IMG/VR virus record: IMGVR_UViG_3300028833_000063
Location: 1-64,000 of that record
DNA from: a virus
Taxonomy: Duplodnaviria; Heunggongvirae; Uroviricota; Caudoviricetes
DNA: 64,000 nucleotides
Reading direction: 5' to 3' (one strand)
Positions 29,311 through 38,779 of the stretch are shown one piece after another (position 1 is the first letter of the stretch; each line of letters opens with the position of its first letter). Below the pieces are notes generated by a model that worked only from the letters and a program-made list of their open reading frames with translations, ran no database searches and was not told where the DNA came from. The position numbers and the translations under genes are program-made.

Positions 29311-29916
29311 ATGGACTTAGAAGAATTATTCGGTGAAGTAGAAAAATTTGGTTTTGATCCAATTACATATCAATACTTTCATTAGTTGCTAGATAAGCGT
29401 ACTATTATTTTAAATGAGTATGTTACTGACTCAACTGTAGAAAAAGTATATCTTCCGTTAAAGGAATTTGAAGAGGATAATTCTACCGATCCGGTAACGC
29501 TAATCCTAAACTCGTGCGGCGGTAGTGTCGCTAATGGCTTCTACCTCGCGCAATATATTTCACTATATTCTAAACCACTAAATATTATCGTGCCAGGTAT
29601 GGCCGCAAGTATGGCAGGAATTATTCTCGCTGGTGGTGGAAAGAATGAGAATGTAATTCGATATGGTTTTCCCGCATCTTATGTCCTACTTCATGATGGT
29701 TACGTAGCGCTCGAATCCAGTGAGAGTCGTACAGCAGATGATATTATGGAATTTAATAAGGGCGTGGACGCAGATATACGGAACTTTATTATTACTAATA
29801 CTAACATAACTCCAGAGATGTACGATAGTCATGCAAGAAAACAATGGTTCATAAAAGGTCAAGAACTAATTGATTTAGGAATGCTCGACCATCTATATGG
29901 AGTTGATGATAAATGA
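29311..29916 (+). CDS. ClpP-like serine protease with one in-frame TAG
   Basis: SCGGSVANG...GMAASMAGIILAGG ClpP-family motifs; ATG 29311 after GAGGAGG; TAG at 29383 between the N-terminal extension and the body. Confidence 0.65.
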
Positions 29917-31148
29917 TTAAGCGCTTTGCAGACACATCTTATATCCTACATGGAGCGGCTGAAGGACATATTGCCATCAGCCCTTTAACTTTATGTGAGC
30001 TAGAACATATTAAGGGAAATGAGCATGAGAGTCCGGAGATTAAGTTTCGGGCGCGTGAAGCCATTCGTAAAATTATGGAAGGCAGCAAATATGAAGTTGT
30101 ATTAGATAATAATAAAAAGATAGACAAGCTACTAAAGAAGTATAATTTTCTAAGCAATATCAATGACCATCGAATTATTCTCTCTGCTGAAATTTTCGCG
30201 CAAGAAGAGAGAATAGATATAATCTTTCTTACCTGTGATGCGGCGCAATATCAATTTGCGCTTCAAATGCCACACCTTATGGCTGCTTATACTCCGACCC
30301 GACAAGTATCTACTGAAGAATGGTGCGGCTGGGCTAAGTATTATCCAAATGAGCAAGAAATGTCTATGCTTTATACTGACCCAAAAATGAATGTTTTGAA
30401 AGCTAAAACTAATGAATTTTGCGAAATATATGAAGGGGCGGAACTTAAAGATGTATTGTTTTGGACAGGAGAAGAATATCGACCTTTAAAGTACAAAGAT
30501 ATACGCAATCCTTATATTCAGGAAACAATTAGTCCGCGTAATTTAGAGCAAAAAATGGCATTTGATTTGTTACAAAATCAGAATATTCGGGTTAAACTAT
30601 TGACAAGCGCCTGGGGCAGCGGAAAAACCTTACTCGCTTTATCATATGCGCTAGAACAAATACATAAGGGAAAATATCGTAAACTTATCTTCGTGCGTAA
30701 CAATATTATTGTTGCAGATACAAATGATATAGGCTATTTACCTGGCGATTTAAAGGACAAGATGTCTATATGGGGTGGCCCATTAGCAGACCATCTTGGC
30801 GGTCCAGACGTATTAGACCAATTAATAGATGATGGAGTTATTGAAATTTTTCCTCTATCTCATATTCGCGGTAGATCTATTCGAGATGCAATTGTTATCT
30901 GTGATGAATGTGAAAATATGAATGATAAACTTGTAACACTACTAATGAGCCGTATTGAAGATGGAAGCGAGTTAATCTTCTGCGGCGATATTGCTCAAAT
31001 TGATAACCGTAAATTTGAGAAAAATAACGGAATTCGCTCTATGCTAGAACATCTGAGCGGGCAGCCGCTATTTGGCACAGTAAAATTGGTGAAATCTGAA
31101 CGTGGAGCTGTAGCTCGTATGTGTGATTTGTTAAGACCTCCGGTTTAA
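29913..31148 (+). CDS. phoH: PhoH-like ATPase with N-terminal PIN-like domain
   Basis: LLTSAWGSGKT Walker A ... LIFVRNN ... ICDECEN; about 411 aa. Confidence 0.7.
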   Translation: MIKRFADTSYILHGAAEGHIAISPLTLCELEHIKGNEHESPEIKFRAREAIRKIMEGSKYEVVLDNNKKIDKLLKKYNFLSNINDHRIILSAEIFAQEERIDIIFLTCDAAQYQFALQMPHLMAAYTPTRQVSTEEWCGWAKYYPNEQEMSMLYTDPKMNVLKAKTNEFCEIYEGAELKDVLFWTGEEYRPLKYKDIRNPYIQETISPRNLEQKMAFDLLQNQNIRVKLLTSAWGSGKTLLALSYALEQIHKGKYRKLIFVRNNIIVADTNDIGYLPGDLKDKMSIWGGPLADHLGGPDVLDQLIDDGVIEIFPLSHIRGRSIRDAIVICDECENMNDKLVTLLMSRIEDGSELIFCGDIAQIDNRKFEKNNGIRSMLEHLSGQPLFGTVKLVKSERGAVARMCDLLRPPV

Positions 31149-31153
31149 TTATA

Positions 31154-31183
31154 GGGACGCATTTTGCGTCCCTCTTTTTTTAT
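31154..31183 (+). terminator. intrinsic terminator
   Basis: gggacgca-tttt-gcgtccc hairpin plus TCTTTTTTTATT, then the -35 at 31184. Confidence 0.6.
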
Positions 31184-31212
31184 TTGACTTTGAACGAAAT
31201 TTATGATATAAT
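31184..31212 (+). promoter_or_regulatory. conserved promoter copy
   Basis: TTGACTTTGAACGAAATTTATGATATAAT. Confidence 0.6.
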
Positions 31213-31235
31213 AAAAGAAAAAATGGAGGAATAAA

Positions 31236-31343
31236 ATGGAAAACTTTTATGACAAACTAATTGACGAGTATTTTAAACGTCATCCAGATGCAGGACTTGC
31301 TTGGTGGATGCTACCATTGGAAGAGCAACCAGAAGGATTTAAG
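31236..31343 (+). CDS. small leader ORF, 35 aa, doubtful
   Basis: first ORF after the promoter, weak RBS. Confidence 0.2.
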
Positions 31344-31395
31344 CAAGAGATGTATGATATTATGTGGGATTTGACGCATAAGGAGAATGAATAAT

Positions 31396-31947
31396 ATGAA
31401 AATTTATTTAGCTGGCCCTATTTTTACTTATGGTGACTTACTTCGTAATACTGAATGGGCGAAAAAAATTCGTGATGCAATCCCGGGAGTAGACCTATAT
31501 TCTCCTGTAGAAAATACCGATATCAATGGGGTTGAAGGAAAGAAGAAATTCGCAGGTTCACAAGAAATCGCAAATGGGGATAATATACGTCTTAATAAAA
31601 CGGATATCCTAATCGCTTGTATAGATGGAGATGTTCTTCCATCAGGTACTTGCGCCGAAATCGGTAAGTTTCATGAAAAAATTGAACGTGGTGACCATAA
31701 ATATATTGTTGGTATTTGTACTGATAATAGGCAAATGTTTCTAACGCATAGTGAAGCGAAAGATAGAGGTGGGGCCGCCGCATTAGGTGAACAGCAATAC
31801 AGCTATCAGAATCTATATGTTACTGGCTTAATTAAGCAAGGTGGCATTCTGGTTAGTAACATTGATGATGCTATAGCTTTTATTAAAGAACATGAAAAAG
31901 AATTCGGTACAGAAAATAAAGACGAATATACGTCAGATTGGAGGTAA
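31396..31947 (+). CDS. nucleoside 2-deoxyribosyltransferase-like protein
   Basis: N-terminal MKIYLAGPIF signature; AGGAGA RBS 9 nt upstream. Confidence 0.6.
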   Translation: MKIYLAGPIFTYGDLLRNTEWAKKIRDAIPGVDLYSPVENTDINGVEGKKKFAGSQEIANGDNIRLNKTDILIACIDGDVLPSGTCAEIGKFHEKIERGDHKYIVGICTDNRQMFLTHSEAKDRGGAAALGEQQYSYQNLYVTGLIKQGGILVSNIDDAIAFIKEHEKEFGTENKDEYTSDWR

Positions 31948-31949
31948 AT

Positions 31950-32336
31950 ATGGTAACTACAGATAAAGTAAACGTCGGAGAAAGCTCCACAAGGACGAGC
32001 ACAAGTACAACTTGGCACTGCCCATATACTTAGCCTAAAGCAGAACAAGGATGGGAATGCCCTCGCTGCGGCCGCATTAATGCACCTTGGGTAAGACAAT
32101 GCGATTGTACCAGAAATAATTGGGATATCACGTGGAAGGATACTACTACGGATGATGATGAGTGGTGGAAAAAATATGTAACCACTTGTACAGCCGATAC
32201 TTTTAAAGTTCATCCTGATGGCACAGTATATACTACCGCCCGTAATCCTGTTGTCGGTGGCGGTGATTATAAAGATTCGGTTACTGGAACTTGGGTAAAT
32301 GTTCCCAAAACTTATACTAATTCAGTAAAGGGGTAA
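31950..32336 (+). CDS. zinc-ribbon protein with one in-frame TAG
   Basis: WECPRCGRINAPWVRQCDC; frame checked; TAG at 32031; RBS GGAGG. Confidence 0.5.
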
Positions 32337-32341
32337 ATATT

Positions 32342-33706
32342 ATGTTATATGGAATTAATGATAAACTTCCTACAAAACGACTATTCGTGGCTGCGATGCA
32401 GCAGGTTATTGCTTGCTTTGTGGCTACAGTACTTATCCCACAGATTTGCGGAGTTCCAATCGCGCCCGCAATGCTGGGCGCGGCGCTAGGAACACTATTA
32501 TATCAGCTAATTACTCGCGGCCAGAGCCCTATGTTTATTAGTTCTTCCGGCGCATTTGTCGCGGCGGTAATGGGCGCACTTGCGCTTGGAACAGCACCTA
32601 ACTACTTAGCAGTATTTATTGGCGGTCTAATTGTATGCGCTATTTATTTTGCGGTTGGCCTTGCTATCAATCATTTCGGTACTGCTTGGATTAATAAGCT
32701 ACTGCCACCTGTTGTAATTGGGCCAATTGTAGCAGTTATCGGCCTCAATCTAGCGACATTCCTACCGACCTACTTTCAAATCAATGGTCAGTATAGCCTA
32801 ATTGGATTTGGACTAGGAATGTTAACGCTACTTATTACTGCACTAATTTCTCACTATGGAAAAGGCTTTATTAAGAATCTACCTTTCCTAATAGCCATTC
32901 TAATTGTATACGCTTTCGCCGCAATCCTTACCGTATGCGGAATTAAGATAATTGACTTTAGTGTATTTAAGAATGTAAGATTGTTCCAGATGCCAGATTT
33001 TGCATTTACGCATTTCGGTAATTGGGATTGGAGTTATCTACCTCAAATTCTCTTGCTATTTCTACCGCTAAGCCTAGTTACTATTTCTGAGCATCTATCA
33101 GACCATAAGGCATTAAGTGCAGTAATTAGAGCTGATTTAACACAGAAACCCGGCCTTGGATATACACTGATGGGTGACGGCGCCGCAACAGCATTAGGCA
33201 CTCTTATTGGTGCAATGCCTAACACTTCTTATGGTGAGAGCGTAGGAACTACTGGTTTTAGTAAGATTTGTTCTAAGTATGTCATTACTCTAGCCGCGGT
33301 AATTATGGGTATTGCCGCATTTATTGGCCCACTGCAGGCTTTCCTTGTAAGTATTCCAAGTGCTATTTTTGGTGGTTGTGCCGCGATTCTCTATGGATAT
33401 ATTACTCTAAGCGGCATTCGTACCATTAAGGATAGTAATATTGATTTAAATAATAATAAGAATGTTACCATTATTGCAGCAGTTCTAACACTTGGCGTTT
33501 CCGGCGCGGTTTGTAACTTTGGAGTTGTGAGTATTGGTACTACCGCATTAGCAATGATCGTGGGCATTGTATTAAATCTAATTCTAAAAGAAGATGAAAA
33601 GCCAGTACGTGGTCTTCGCTTAAAAACATTACCTATTGATGATTATTGTGAAATGTCACCAGACATAGTTACAAATGTTATTAAATCAGGAGAATACAAT
33701 GTATAA
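32342..33706 (+). CDS. nucleobase:cation symporter (NCS2, xanthine/uracil permease family)
   Basis: 454 aa with about 12 predicted TM segments; glycine-rich hydrophobic repeats typical of NCS2 permeases. Confidence 0.65.
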   Translation: MLYGINDKLPTKRLFVAAMQQVIACFVATVLIPQICGVPIAPAMLGAALGTLLYQLITRGQSPMFISSSGAFVAAVMGALALGTAPNYLAVFIGGLIVCAIYFAVGLAINHFGTAWINKLLPPVVIGPIVAVIGLNLATFLPTYFQINGQYSLIGFGLGMLTLLITALISHYGKGFIKNLPFLIAILIVYAFAAILTVCGIKIIDFSVFKNVRLFQMPDFAFTHFGNWDWSYLPQILLLFLPLSLVTISEHLSDHKALSAVIRADLTQKPGLGYTLMGDGAATALGTLIGAMPNTSYGESVGTTGFSKICSKYVITLAAVIMGIAAFIGPLQAFLVSIPSAIFGGCAAILYGYITLSGIRTIKDSNIDLNNNKNVTIIAAVLTLGVSGAVCNFGVVSIGTTALAMIVGIVLNLILKEDEKPVRGLRLKTLPIDDYCEMSPDIVTNVIKSGEYNV

Positions 33707-33986
33707 AACAAAAGAGGAACTAGAATGCGCCTGGCCCCTCGGTACAGTTATTGCCGAGGAGCCCATTTTCCAGCGTTTCTACTGCGCCGATGAAGTTATG
33801 TTTGAAAAAATTAAGGAATGGTTTAAGGATGCCGAAGTTAAGCAAACTTCGCCGCATCATGTAACCGTTCAAAGAATGTCTAGAAAAACTATTGAAGGAT
33901 ATCTTTATAATGGAGAAAGTTGGTTTCCTATGATGAGAGAAAATCATGATTGGTCTATTTATTTTCCAGAGGAACTTGAATTTTGA
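33699..33986 (+). CDS. hypothetical protein
   Basis: ORF with AGGAGA RBS. Confidence 0.45.
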   Translation: MYKTKEELECAWPLGTVIAEEPIFQRFYCADEVMFEKIKEWFKDAEVKQTSPHHVTVQRMSRKTIEGYLYNGESWFPMMRENHDWSIYFPEELEF

Positions 33987-34012
33987 GGAGCCCAATTTTG
34001 GACTCCTCTTAT

Positions 34013-34041
34013 TTGACTTTTCATAAAATTTATATTATAAT
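34013..34041 (+). promoter_or_regulatory. conserved promoter copy
   Basis: TTGACTTTTCATAAAATTTATATTATAAT. Confidence 0.6.
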
Positions 34042-34070
34042 TTATATAGAAGAAAGAAAGGAGATAAAAA

Positions 34071-34223
34071 ATGACTGAGATGAGGCGGCCGATAAGCCCG
34101 TTGCAACGCTTATATAATATTGAAAAAACTTTATTCCCAAATATAGAAATAACACAAAATGATATAGATGATTTTAAAAAAATGCTTATTGAGATTTATT
34201 CAGAAAAAGAAGAGGAGAAATGA
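34071..34223 (+). CDS. small hypothetical protein
   Basis: RBS AAAGGAGA; first cistron after the promoter. Confidence 0.3.
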   Translation: MTEMRRPISPLQRLYNIEKTLFPNIEITQNDIDDFKKMLIEIYSEKEEEK

Positions 34224-34226
34224 GTA

Positions 34227-34565
34227 ATGGGAATGGACTGCTACGTATGGGAAGCTCCCAACCATAAAGTATTTAAGGATGAAAACTGGTATTCCTCTGG
34301 CGCCGTAAAAGAACGCATGTATTGGCGCAAGAACTGGGATATGGTTGAGAATTGGTCTTTTATGCCTAAAGACTATGAATCTGGTGAGTTTGTAGAAATT
34401 GGCAGCGAAGAGCTTGAAGAAATGATTAGGGTTGCTTGTACCTATCGTGATTACTTTGGAACTTACGATTCCGTGCCCAAACTGTGTGAATTGCGCGATG
34501 AGGTATTGGGATGGGAGCACGATGAAGTTAAAGACAGAAAACTATTTGTGGAGTACGATTACTAA
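34227..34565 (+). CDS. hypothetical protein
   Basis: ORF, GAGGAG RBS. Confidence 0.5.
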   Translation: MGMDCYVWEAPNHKVFKDENWYSSGAVKERMYWRKNWDMVENWSFMPKDYESGEFVEIGSEELEEMIRVACTYRDYFGTYDSVPKLCELRDEVLGWEHDEVKDRKLFVEYDY

Positions 34566-35083
34566 TGACATTTAAAAACTGTATTGAAAATTTTCCTATT
34601 CATGATACCCTCGTAGGTAGGTATGAATCAGAGCAAATTTTTACTCTGACCGATCCTCATAGTATAAACCATATTGAAAGATGGGACGATAATCCTTTTT
34701 GGGAAGATAATAGCTGTTATTCATTTGTAGTATTTAAACCGCAAGAAAAGAAATTTCGATGCTGGAGCTTCGTTTTTAGTCGCGTTTCTGGCTATATAAA
34801 TGAAACCGAAGACTTTGAAGAGTTCTATCCAGCCTCTTATTCTGAGGATTTTGGATGGGAAAAGATTGATCCTTTCGATCCAAATCTAGAAGACCAAGTA
34901 ACTCTCCCAGATGATGAATTAGCAATAGAGCTTGGATGGCCACTTGCAAAGTATAAAGAAGATAAATGGCGGCGCGAGCAGATAGCATATTTGTTTGATA
35001 CCAAAAGTTACTTAAATGGATTTACTTTTACAAGCCCTGACGCTTTGAAAAATTTTTGTATGGAACGAAAAGATTTGCTATAA
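34565..35083 (+). CDS. hypothetical protein
   Basis: ORF, ATGA overlap. Confidence 0.5.
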   Translation: MTFKNCIENFPIHDTLVGRYESEQIFTLTDPHSINHIERWDDNPFWEDNSCYSFVVFKPQEKKFRCWSFVFSRVSGYINETEDFEEFYPASYSEDFGWEKIDPFDPNLEDQVTLPDDELAIELGWPLAKYKEDKWRREQIAYLFDTKSYLNGFTFTSPDALKNFCMERKDLL

Positions 35084-35167
35084 TTCAAAAGTTATATTAT
35101 GACTTATTCTATGGAGGATAGGCCATATTTTTGTTGGAGGTGAAAGTGTCCATTAGAGCACAATAAA

Positions 35168-35356
35168 ATGACATTAACAAAAACAATTATTATGGAATTT
35201 GAAAATTATATGAAAGCACAAGGTTGGACGCAAACAACTGCGGCAGAAAAAATAGGCTGTAGTCGTGAGCATCTAAGTAGAGTATTGAGAGGGCAAAAAA
35301 ATCCCTCATCTAAATTATTAGATAATATGGAGGAAATTATCAACAATGGAAAATGA
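35168..35356 (+). CDS. XRE-family helix-turn-helix protein
   Basis: QTTAAEKIGCSREHLSRVLRG is a classic HTH. Confidence 0.6.
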   Translation: MTLTKTIIMEFENYMKAQGWTQTTAAEKIGCSREHLSRVLRGQKNPSSKLLDNMEEIINNGK

Positions 35357-35528
35357 GCTTTATATCGTATATATGCCACGCGTCGCCGCTGCGTTACGAG
35401 AAATGGGCTTCAAACTAATAAAAGTAACACCTAATAATCGTAAGCCACAATATGATGTATATTGGTTTGAAGATACTCCAGAACTACGTTCCTCCTTCCC
35501 TGAAGCCGTAAAGCGTGCTCAGCGATAA
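35346..35528 (+). CDS. hypothetical protein
   Basis: ORF. Confidence 0.4.
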   Translation: MENELYIVYMPRVAAALREMGFKLIKVTPNNRKPQYDVYWFEDTPELRSSFPEAVKRAQR

Positions 35529-35564
35529 TACATTGAATACAGGATTTATACAGGAGGAATTGAT

Positions 35565-35912
35565 ATGGCTAACACAGCAAATCAAAGAACTATTATATTG
35601 CATAATCAAGATGCAATAACTCATAAAGAAGGAAGCGGAAAACGTTTTCTAAAAGGTACTGATTGGGAATACCTTGAAGCCGCCGCAAAACATCTAAAAG
35701 GAGAAAATTTCAAAGTATATATGTATTTTCTTTCTTGGTATGGCGCTGGCAGAGTAGATTACTCGCCAGTAGATGTAAGTAACAAATGGGGAATGGGAAT
35801 ATCTACCGCGCGAGGAGCAATTGATACTTTAATTCAGCAGGGATATTTAGTTCCTGTAAAGGATAAAAATAATCAATATGATTTTTATCCAATATCTACC
35901 ACACAGGTATAA
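35565..35912 (+). CDS. hypothetical DNA-binding protein, possibly winged-helix
   Basis: ORF directly upstream of the iteron/AT-rich region. Confidence 0.4.
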   Translation: MANTANQRTIILHNQDAITHKEGSGKRFLKGTDWEYLEAAAKHLKGENFKVYMYFLSWYGAGRVDYSPVDVSNKWGMGISTARGAIDTLIQQGYLVPVKDKNNQYDFYPISTTQV

Positions 35913-35914
35913 CA

Positions 35915-36165
35915 AAATTTGGCGCTTGGAATACGCTAAAAAATAATGCTTTCAAACGCCAGATTTTGGCGTATTGAATAACTAGAATCTGGCGCTAGTG
36001 GCGCCAAAATCTGGCGCTTAAAACGCCAAAATTTAGCGCTAATCCGCCAGAAAACCATAGAGTAATATAGATATATATAGATAAATAAAAATATAAATAT
36101 AAATATAAATAAAAATATAGATAGGCGGCGCACGTTGCCCCGATAGGGGCAACCGCCGCGAAAGG
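35915..36165. repeat. iteron-like repeats, AT-rich tandem repeats and GC hairpin; candidate origin
   Basis: repeated (A)AAATCTGGCGC / TTTTGGCGC boxes in both orientations; (ATAAAT)n tract at about 36075-36125; ggcggcgcacgttgcccc-gata-ggggcaaccgccgcg hairpin. Confidence 0.35.
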
Positions 36166-36172
36166 AGTAAAT

Positions 36173-36406
36173 ATGAAAAACCTAACTGACGAAAATTTTC
36201 TAAAAGATCAAACAAAAGAACAACTTATAATCTATCTTCACAATACAGAATTAGAGCTTGAAAATTTACGTGACCGAATGTATAAAATAACAGGATGCCG
36301 CGACTTTGGTAATCTTGATGGAATGAATGGCACCTGTGTTGACTGTTCTTATAATGAAAGAGAATTGTTTGATAGATGCTGGAATTTTAAATTCAGCAAG
36401 GAGTGA
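36173..36406 (+). CDS. hypothetical protein
   Basis: ORF, AAAGGAG RBS. Confidence 0.45.
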   Translation: MKNLTDENFLKDQTKEQLIIYLHNTELELENLRDRMYKITGCRDFGNLDGMNGTCVDCSYNERELFDRCWNFKFSKE

Positions 36407-36777
36407 AAATGAGTAAAACAAATTGCCGTAATTGCGGTGGTCCACTTAATATTGCAGATCCTAAATGCCCATTCTGTGGCACTAAAAATATTAATCTAAC
36501 AGATATTGACCTTGCGAGCGGTGAAGCAGCAAACTTCATCTTTCGCTTACCAAATTATATTAAAGACGCAGACGGGCAAGAAATATATTTAAGTATGCTT
36601 GCCGTACCAGAATTAGAATCTTTTGAGCTAACGAGTGACTCATCTGATATTTATGGTGGTTGGAGCCATACTCCAATTGCCAGATTTACGTCCTCTACGG
36701 AATTAAACTGTAAATTAAACTTACGTACAGTTCAGTCATCGGAATCCAATTCACTTTATAGTTTGACATTATCCTAA
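36403..36777 (+). CDS. zinc-ribbon protein
   Basis: CRNCGG...CPFCG. Confidence 0.5.
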   Translation: MKMSKTNCRNCGGPLNIADPKCPFCGTKNINLTDIDLASGEAANFIFRLPNYIKDADGQEIYLSMLAVPELESFELTSDSSDIYGGWSHTPIARFTSSTELNCKLNLRTVQSSESNSLYSLTLS

Positions 36778-36790
36778 ATTTATAGTATAA
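36763..36790 (+). promoter_or_regulatory. conserved promoter copy
   Basis: TTGACATTATCCTAAATTTATAGTATAAT. Confidence 0.6.
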
Positions 36791-36957
36791 TATACTTACG
36801 AAAGGGGAGATAAAGATGAGTAGAACAGTTTTGTATATCATAAACGGTGCAGGTGATGTGATTCCTTTTAGGAAGTCTTATCGTAAGGCGCGATACAGGA
36901 AGTATATGAGTAGATGGCATGATGTAGATGTTTTTCATAAGAATAGGAGAAATAAGA

Positions 36958-37188
36958 ATGTGTAATTATTGCCGCAAGCTTACTCAATCCGCATACAAAT
37001 TGCGCGAAGGCTATGATGTAAACATTAGCTATGAAGGTGAAGCTTTTATTGACTTCTTCAATAATCTAATTATTCATCTTGAGCATCCTGATTCTGCAGT
37101 TGAGGCCAGTATTCCAATTAAGTACTGTCCTTGGTGCGGGAATGAATTAAAAAAGAATTATCCTTATAAGAGTGGTGAAGTGGAATGA
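36958..37188 (+). CDS. zinc-ribbon protein
   Basis: CNYCRK...CPWCG; AGGAGA RBS. Confidence 0.45.
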   Translation: MCNYCRKLTQSAYKLREGYDVNISYEGEAFIDFFNNLIIHLEHPDSAVEASIPIKYCPWCGNELKKNYPYKSGEVE

Positions 37189-37391
37189 AATGGGAAGAAT
37201 TTGATCAAATGTACCCGTATCTGCCGGAATTTACAAACAAAGTTCTTACAGATATTGAATGTCCCAGATGCGGCAAGAAGCTGTTTCAAAGGACAGATAA
37301 AGTTTTAACAAGTTATCCTCCTCAGTATCAGTATGAATGTGAATGCGGTTTTGTTGGATATTCTCATGCGCAATGGAAAGTAGGATGGTAA
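37185..37391 (+). CDS. zinc-ribbon protein
   Basis: CPRCG...CECG. Confidence 0.45.
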   Translation: MKWEEFDQMYPYLPEFTNKVLTDIECPRCGKKLFQRTDKVLTSYPPQYQYECECGFVGYSHAQWKVGW

Positions 37392-37666
37392 TGAAAGATA
37401 TAGAAACGCTTATTGGAGACTTGCAAGAGGATTACGATCTTCTGACATATGACAAAGAACGAGAATCGGCAGAAACCGCGAAGATCGCAAATGATATTGC
37501 TATAGTTATTGCTCTGCTGAAAGAGCAAGAAACAACATTTGAAAAAGATGGGCATCATATTCGTTGCACAAGTTGCGGCAATTATTGGTGTGATACTGAC
37601 AGCGAAGGAGATTTGTTTCCTCATAATTATTGTCCGCATTGCGGGCGAAAAGTGAAGGTGGAATGA
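37391..37666 (+). CDS. zinc-ribbon protein
   Basis: CTSCG...CPHCG. Confidence 0.45.
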   Translation: MKDIETLIGDLQEDYDLLTYDKERESAETAKIANDIAIVIALLKEQETTFEKDGHHIRCTSCGNYWCDTDSEGDLFPHNYCPHCGRKVKVE

Positions 37667-37668
37667 GT

Positions 37669-37869
37669 ATGGAGTTTGTAAAAAAAGAACCACTTCCACT
37701 TGTTTGGAAAAGTGAATGTATGAATTCAAAGATAGACATAGTTGAAGTAGTTCGATGTAAAGATTGCATATATCACAATTCCGAACCGGACAGTCAGGGA
37801 GATTACTGTGATAAGATTCATTGGTCAAGAGGACTTAATTGGTATTGCGGTGATGGGAAAAGGCGGTGA
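37669..37869 (+). CDS. Cys-rich small protein
   Basis: ORF with GGTGGAATGAGTATG RBS. Confidence 0.4.
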   Translation: MEFVKKEPLPLVWKSECMNSKIDIVEVVRCKDCIYHNSEPDSQGDYCDKIHWSRGLNWYCGDGKRR

Positions 37870-37872
37870 AAT

Positions 37873-38091
37873 ATGATGATTAACAGAGAGAAAGTTATCA
37901 AGGGACTGGAATTATGCCTGACTGGAGATGCTTCTGTGTGCAAAGATTGCCCGTATGAGGCTGAATGTGAAGCGACAATTGGAGCAGGCCCATCGCCTTT
38001 GCGACACGATGCTCTTACACTACTGAAAGAACAACAGAAACTTATTGATGACATCACGCAGAGGAGGGCAAACAATGGGGCTTTCGATTGA
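37873..38091 (+). CDS. Cys-rich small protein, tandem paralog 1
   Basis: EKVIKGLELC...CKDCPY. Confidence 0.45.
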   Translation: MMINREKVIKGLELCLTGDASVCKDCPYEAECEATIGAGPSPLRHDALTLLKEQQKLIDDITQRRANNGAFD

Positions 38092-38395
38092 CAAGGAAAA
38101 GATTATAAAAGGGCTAGAATATTGTTCAAAAGGCTGCTCGTCAGATTGCCCATATTTTACTGTTGAAAAATGCACGCATGTAATGGCGAGCGAAATCCTT
38201 CCGATTCTTAAAGAGCAGGAACCTGTTAAACCCGAATATAAACTTCTCCCAGGTTCAACAACAATTCACGAATGGGACTGCGGGAATTGCGGGTACGGCT
38301 TATTTATGATTTTTAGCAATGAAAATAAATATAATGCAAAGTCCGCCGTGCATTACTGCGCTGGATGCGGAAGAAAGGTAAAATGGGATGACTAA
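38075..38395 (+). CDS. Cys-rich small protein, tandem paralog 2
   Basis: EKIIKGLEYC...CSSDCPY...CGNCG...CAGCG. Confidence 0.45.
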   Translation: MGLSIDKEKIIKGLEYCSKGCSSDCPYFTVEKCTHVMASEILPILKEQEPVKPEYKLLPGSTTIHEWDCGNCGYGLFMIFSNENKYNAKSAVHYCAGCGRKVKWDD

Positions 38396-38532
38396 ACTTG
38401 AAGACGTAATAGAAACCGAGTTTGGGCCAATTGAAATTTGGAGCCAAGATGAAATGGAATACTTTTTTGATGATGCTAATACTTACATAGAAAAGTGCAA
38501 ATTTTTAGATAATGAAAGGCAGATGAAATGAA

Positions 38533-38778
38533 ATGAAAGAATACGGCTGGGAATTATTTGCTGAAAAGTGCTTTTGTTCACGTGATGCTTGGGAAGAAGG
38601 CATGGATACCATCCCGGGTACATGGGACGAAGAAAACGGGTGTTGGTATGAATTTAGTCATAGATGTTCGGCATGTAGGAAAAAAATAAGAAATGATGGC
38701 GAATTCACACAATATTGCCCTTATTGTGGAAAAGAAATGACATTTGTTGAAAAAGTAACACGAACGGCGGTAAAATGA
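38533..38778 (+). CDS. zinc-ribbon protein
   Basis: CSACRKK...CPYCG. Confidence 0.45.
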   Translation: MKEYGWELFAEKCFCSRDAWEEGMDTIPGTWDEENGCWYEFSHRCSACRKKIRNDGEFTQYCPYCGKEMTFVEKVTRTAVK

Positions 38779-38779
38779 A

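Noticed and set aside
31236-31394. A first reading of a 52-aa ORF fused to the start of the deoxyribosyltransferase gene
   Set aside because: Rechecking the sequence across the line break (ccattgg|gaagag) showed the frame closes at TAA 31341-31343. Only a dubious 35-aa leader ORF remains, and the NDT-like gene starts at 31396.
36075-36125. ATAAAT/ATATAAAT tandem repeats as a possible CRISPR or minisatellite
   Set aside because: The units are 6-8 bp with no spacer structure and no flanking cas genes. I read them as an AT-rich unwinding element within the iteron region.
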